NCBI GenBank assembly: GCA_030693325.1
Contig: JAUYAV010000011.1
Location: 109,603-173,602 of the forward strand
Reading direction: 5' to 3'
DNA from: a bacterium
Lineage (GTDB): Bacteria > Patescibacteriota > Minisyncoccia > UBA6257 > MFKM01
Length of the DNA stretch: 64,000 nucleotides
Part shown: positions 60,031-64,000 of the stretch, piece after piece
Numbering within the stretch: position 1 is the stretch's first letter
Layout: each line of letters begins with the position of its first letter
The notes under the pieces: generated by a model
Database searches by the model: none
What the model saw: only the letters and a program-made list of their open reading frames with translations
Told to the model about the DNA's origin: nothing
Position numbers and translations under genes: made by a program

Positions 60031-61155
60031 ATGAAGATATTTAAACGTGATCTTGAAGAGAAAATTACTCCCGTATTATTCAAGGGAAAGTTAGTGGTCA
60101 TCTTAGGCCCGAGGCAGTCGGGGAAGACCACGCTGGCTAAAAAAATTATTAACGAATATGGCGAGGATGGAGAGTATTACGATTGTCAGATAGCAGATGT
60201 GCGAGCGCATTTTGTATTGGGCGAACCGGATAAGCTTTTACCATTAACTAAAATGAAGAAAATCGTAGTATTTGATGAAGCCCAGACAATCCAAAATATT
60301 GGGAGTATTCTTAAGGCATATCATGATACATATCCTGAAATACAAATAATCGCTACCGGCTCTTCATCGTTTGATCTTGCAAATAAAATCAAAGAGCCGA
60401 TGACTGGCCGAGCCTACGAATTTACTCTTTTGCCGCTTTCTTTGAATGAAATAACTTCTGCATATCCAGATTTTTGCGAGGCGGATCTTTTCAATATTAT
60501 GCAGTTTGGGTCATACCCCGCCACTATCGCGGCTGAAACGATTGAAGATAAATTGTTTTCAATACGAAATATTGCCACCAATTATCTGTATAAAGATATT
60601 TTCGTTTTTGAGGTCATTCGTAACCCAAAGATTTTTGAAGATTTGCTCAAAATGCTGGCATTGCAAATTGGTTCCACGGTATCGATCAATGAGCTATCTC
60701 AAGGCCTCGGTGTCACGCGGGCAACAGTAAATCGCTATTTGCGGCTTCTTGAACAATCTTTCATCATCAAAAGAATTTATTCCTTTTCCAATAATCCGCG
60801 CAATGAGATTAAGAAAGGTTTTAAAATATTTTTTCTAGATATAGGGGTTCGTAATGCGCTAGTGGATATTGTTTCGTCTATGCCAGAACGCAGTGACAAG
60901 GGAGTAATTTTTGAAAACTTTTTTGTCAGCGAGCGAATGAAAAAAGGTTCTTTGGAAATTTTCCCTCCGGAAATTATGTTTTGGCGGACACGGACGGGCC
61001 AAGAGATTGATGTGATAGAAAAAAACGGACCAAATATTTCCGCCTTTGAGTGTAAGTGGAAAGACGTTGTCTCGGCTCCGAAGCAGTTTTTGAAAGCGTA
61101 CCCGAATGTCACATTTGTACCAGTTAATATCAATAATATCCTTTCGCATGTTTAA
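60031..61155 (+). CDS. AAA_14 ATPase with DUF4143 domain
   Basis: GPRQSGKTT, FDEAQ, TGSSS, TGR, DIGVRN and FWRT...EID...FECK. Confidence 0.88.
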   Translation: MKIFKRDLEEKITPVLFKGKLVVILGPRQSGKTTLAKKIINEYGEDGEYYDCQIADVRAHFVLGEPDKLLPLTKMKKIVVFDEAQTIQNIGSILKAYHDTYPEIQIIATGSSSFDLANKIKEPMTGRAYEFTLLPLSLNEITSAYPDFCEADLFNIMQFGSYPATIAAETIEDKLFSIRNIATNYLYKDIFVFEVIRNPKIFEDLLKMLALQIGSTVSINELSQGLGVTRATVNRYLRLLEQSFIIKRIYSFSNNPRNEIKKGFKIFFLDIGVRNALVDIVSSMPERSDKGVIFENFFVSERMKKGSLEIFPPEIMFWRTRTGQEIDVIEKNGPNISAFECKWKDVVSAPKQFLKAYPNVTFVPVNINNILSHV

Positions 61156-61159
61156 CCAA

Positions 61160-61291
61160 GCTATGGACACATTAGAAAAACTAGCCAAAGCCCTCGCCTG
61201 CCCGTCCGTAGCCTTATGGCGAAGGCGGGGCGTGCTTGCCCTTCCGAAGCCGAAAGGCGAAGGAGTACCGGTAGCTGAATTATTTAAATAA
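61160..61291 (+). pseudogene. C-terminal remnant of an XRE-type HTH (possible R-M controller) interrupted by REP-like insertions
   Basis: DTLEKLAKAL[ACPSVALWRRRGVLALPKPKGE]GVPVAELFK*. Confidence 0.5.
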
Positions 61292-61295
61292 AAAT

Positions 61296-62300
61296 ATGGG
61301 AACAAAAAAGTCATTATATAAAGCAAATAAGGTTAAGGACGATGAGTTTTATACTCTTTTTGAGGATATTGCCAATGAAGTTTCTCTTTATAAAGAACAA
61401 CTAAAAGGGAAAAGAATTTTATGTCCTTGCGATTGGGATGAAAGTTATAACGAAGAACTTGTCTATAAAGAAGAAGGGTTTGTCGCCTCGTCTAATTTAT
61501 TAGATGCTGGAGGCACAATAAAAAAAATAGATATAAAGGCCTCTAAAGAAAAAGTAGAAAAAGATTTAGCTTTGATTAAATGCAATTTTGTAAAATTTTT
61601 AGTTGCCCATGCCGATGCTTATGGCATAACTTCAATTTCAGTGAGTGGGTATAATCCTGCTACAGGTAAAGGTGTGAAATTTCAAGATGTTAATTATTCA
61701 AAATACGATATTGTCATAACAAACCCGCCATTTAGCAAATTTAGAGAATTTATTGATACGATGTTCAAAAATGAAATGAAGTTTTTAGTTATCGGACCAC
61801 TCACGGCTATAACTTATAGGGACATTTTTACTCACATAGAAAGCAATGAAATGTGGCTTGGTTACGCGAAGCAATTGTCCGGATTTAGATTGTTAGATGG
61901 CACGCTTGTTCTTTCTAAAAACCCCGAAGGTTCAGTTTCCAGAGCCTGTAAGTGGTATACAAATTTTGATGTTGCTTATAGGCATGATAAAATGATTTTA
62001 ACTGAGAGCTATAGCCCTGAAAAATATCCAAAATATTATAATTACAACGGCATAGACGTCGAAAAAACACTTAAAATACCATTCGATTATGTCGGCGTGA
62101 TGGGAGTGCCAATAACATTTTTACAGAAATTTAATCCCAATCAATTTAAAATAATTGGTAAGGGTGTGCAGGTAAAAAAAACGATAAGATTTAAGGGCGA
62201 TAAAGCAACCCTTTGGATTGAAAAAGATGGTAAGCCATTTAAGGCTCCCTTTGAAAGAATATTAATAAAAAATAAAAAAGTAATTAAGAACGACAAATAA
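61296..62300 (+). CDS. Adenine-specific DNA methyltransferase, EcoRI family
   Basis: KDDEFYT, ILCPCD, ITNPPFS and GVMGVPITFL. Confidence 0.88.
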   Translation: MGTKKSLYKANKVKDDEFYTLFEDIANEVSLYKEQLKGKRILCPCDWDESYNEELVYKEEGFVASSNLLDAGGTIKKIDIKASKEKVEKDLALIKCNFVKFLVAHADAYGITSISVSGYNPATGKGVKFQDVNYSKYDIVITNPPFSKFREFIDTMFKNEMKFLVIGPLTAITYRDIFTHIESNEMWLGYAKQLSGFRLLDGTLVLSKNPEGSVSRACKWYTNFDVAYRHDKMILTESYSPEKYPKYYNYNGIDVEKTLKIPFDYVGVMGVPITFLQKFNPNQFKIIGKGVQVKKTIRFKGDKATLWIEKDGKPFKAPFERILIKNKKVIKNDK

Positions 62301-62301
62301 T

Positions 62302-63375
62302 ATGAATATCAAAAATTTATACGAACAAGTTAGAGATGGAAAAATTATCAGCGATATAGAACTTCAGAGAGAAATTGTTTATGACGCTGAAAAACAAATG
62401 CTGGTAATAGATAGCATTGTAAATGGAATTCCTTTGCCAGCATTTTATTTTTGGAAAAATAAAGATGGCATTTTGGAAGTTTTAGATGGTAAGCAAAGAA
62501 TAGAATCTATTAAGAAATTTGTTGAGAATGATATTCAATATCAAGATAAATTGTGGAAACAAACCGACAAGAAAATTCAAAATATAATAAATGATACCGA
62601 GCTTTCAATTATTATTTGTGAGGGGAAAGAGCAACTAAAAAGAGAAATATTTAGAAGAATTAATACTTTAGGCGTGCCACTTTCTCCTTATGAAGTATTA
62701 AATGGTCTTTTCCATGGCGAGTATTTAAGGGGTTTAACCGCTTATGTTGGGCAAGACAGAGATGCGTTAAGGGTTTTTGGTTCTAATAGCCGCGGTAAAA
62801 ATCAGTATAGAACTTTGCAATTATTAATGACATTGAAGGATTTAGCAAAAGACGCTCATACTATAAATGATTATGTGAATAAATGTCAGAATAATACTTT
62901 CGCTGATAACCAAATAGAAATTGGCAAATATATCAAATTTGTTAGTGAAATATTTGAAGAATATGGTCAGTTAGATGTTTATTTTAATTTGGCGAGAAAA
63001 TATTTTAAAGATGCAGTTATTTGGAAACAGAATAAGGATGAAATTAACTCTCGTGTTAAAAGATATTTGAAGAGCGATGATGCTAAACTTACAGATAAAT
63101 CAAAAGAAATAGAAGATATTATTCAAGCTATTGTAAATAATATTAGCGTTGATGATAAACGATTATTTTCAAGCGATGATAAAAAAGAATTTTTAAGAAA
63201 AAAGAAACCGAACAAAGAAAATAAATATCAATGCGCCGATTGCAAAAAGTATTTTTACGTAGAAGAATTGACAATGGATCATAAAGACCCGTGGAGTAAG
63301 GGTGGTAGAACCGAACTTTCAAACGCAGAATTACGGTGTCGCCCATGTAATATTAAAAAGGGAAATAGAAGTTAG
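62302..63375 (+). CDS. DUF262 (GmrS-like) plus C-terminal HNH endonuclease
   Basis: QRE, LDGKQR, FRRINT; CADC...DHKDPWSKGG...N...CRPCN. Confidence 0.85.
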   Translation: MNIKNLYEQVRDGKIISDIELQREIVYDAEKQMLVIDSIVNGIPLPAFYFWKNKDGILEVLDGKQRIESIKKFVENDIQYQDKLWKQTDKKIQNIINDTELSIIICEGKEQLKREIFRRINTLGVPLSPYEVLNGLFHGEYLRGLTAYVGQDRDALRVFGSNSRGKNQYRTLQLLMTLKDLAKDAHTINDYVNKCQNNTFADNQIEIGKYIKFVSEIFEEYGQLDVYFNLARKYFKDAVIWKQNKDEINSRVKRYLKSDDAKLTDKSKEIEDIIQAIVNNISVDDKRLFSSDDKKEFLRKKKPNKENKYQCADCKKYFYVEELTMDHKDPWSKGGRTELSNAELRCRPCNIKKGNRS

Positions 63376-63436
63376 TATGTAAATTGTTTTGAGTAATGGA
63401 AACTCTAAAAAAAAATTATGATAATAAGCGAATAAT

Positions 63437-64000
63437 ATGGGTAAGGTTTATTTAAAAAATAATTGGGCAGAAACTTTTGTTTTCGGTGATAAAACACCCG
63501 GAGTTTATGTCGGCCGTGAGGATGAACTACAAAACCTAAAATTTACTTTAGTAAATAATAATTCAGCCTCTATTTTAATTTCTTCCGTGCGGGGAGTTGG
63601 GAAAACATCTTTTGTCCATAAGGCATTGAGTGAGGCTACCAAAGATGTTTATCCGATTTTTGTAAATGCCGGCCATGTTATGAGTTGTTGTGGGAAAGAA
63701 GGCTTGCCCAAGAGAGAACTTTTGAACTCTTTGATTCGTTCTGCGTATTTTGAATTTAAGGACAAAGATTCTGAAATTAAGGATTTATATTATAAAACCT
63801 TAGGAAAATTTAAAGAATATAAATTCATCCAAGAATCTGAAGAAAAAGTTTCTGAAAAAGAAGTTGGCTTAACAAAGGAGTTTAATATAAGGCACATTTT
63901 TGCTATTTCAGGCTCCGTTTTAGCTACTGTAGGAATAATGAATGAAATTTGGTGGGTTAAAGTTATTGGTATTTTGGGCACAATAAGTATACCGGTATCT
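63437..64000 (+). CDS. P-loop ATPase with TM helices (KAP/AAA_16-like), partial
   Basis: Manual translation MGKVYLKNNW...YVGREDEL...SSVRGVGKTS...; open to the end of the window. Confidence 0.7.
   Translation, partial: MGKVYLKNNWAETFVFGDKTPGVYVGREDELQNLKFTLVNNNSASILISSVRGVGKTSFVHKALSEATKDVYPIFVNAGHVMSCCGKEGLPKRELLNSLIRSAYFEFKDKDSEIKDLYYKTLGKFKEYKFIQESEEKVSEKEVGLTKEFNIRHIFAISGSVLATVGIMNEIWWVKVIGILGTISIPVS

Overview
This window looks like chromosome from a Patescibacteria/CPR (Parcubacteria-like) bacterium using genetic code 11. That assignment is inferred from gene content, a short AlaRS, a large Thr/Ala-rich surface protein and mostly SD-less, AT-rich leaders. From left to right it holds a surface-glycosylation locus next to an S-layer-like gene, groES/groEL, dCMP deaminase plus ThyA, lemA/htpX, a GGDEF gene, tRNA-Ser and dnaG/rpoD. 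Next come an AT-rich radical SAM/SPASM island inserted into alaS, the infA-rpmJ-rpsM-rpsK-rpsD-rpoA-rplQ-rplM-rpsI operon, comEC, mnmA, efp, a VirD4/TraG-like ATPase pair, ion transporters, secDF, tRNA-Lys and lepA. The right end has a tRNA-Asn split by a group I intron, a decayed accessory island and a restriction/defence cluster. The most notable observations are four. (1) A candidate RiPP cluster (48-aa peptide, rSAM/SPASM enzyme, HEXXH protein) sits after a 25-codon alaS stub and supplies a replacement alaS 5' end. (2) A minimal GIY-YIG gene is bounded by perfect 16-bp inverted repeats, with a non-autonomous derivative and a solo end elsewhere in the window. (3) A 229-nt group I intron lies inside the tRNA-Asn anticodon. 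(4) Several families of dispersed palindromic elements with covarying stems occur, some inserted in-frame in genes. All calls come from reading the sequence by eye; no database searches were run.
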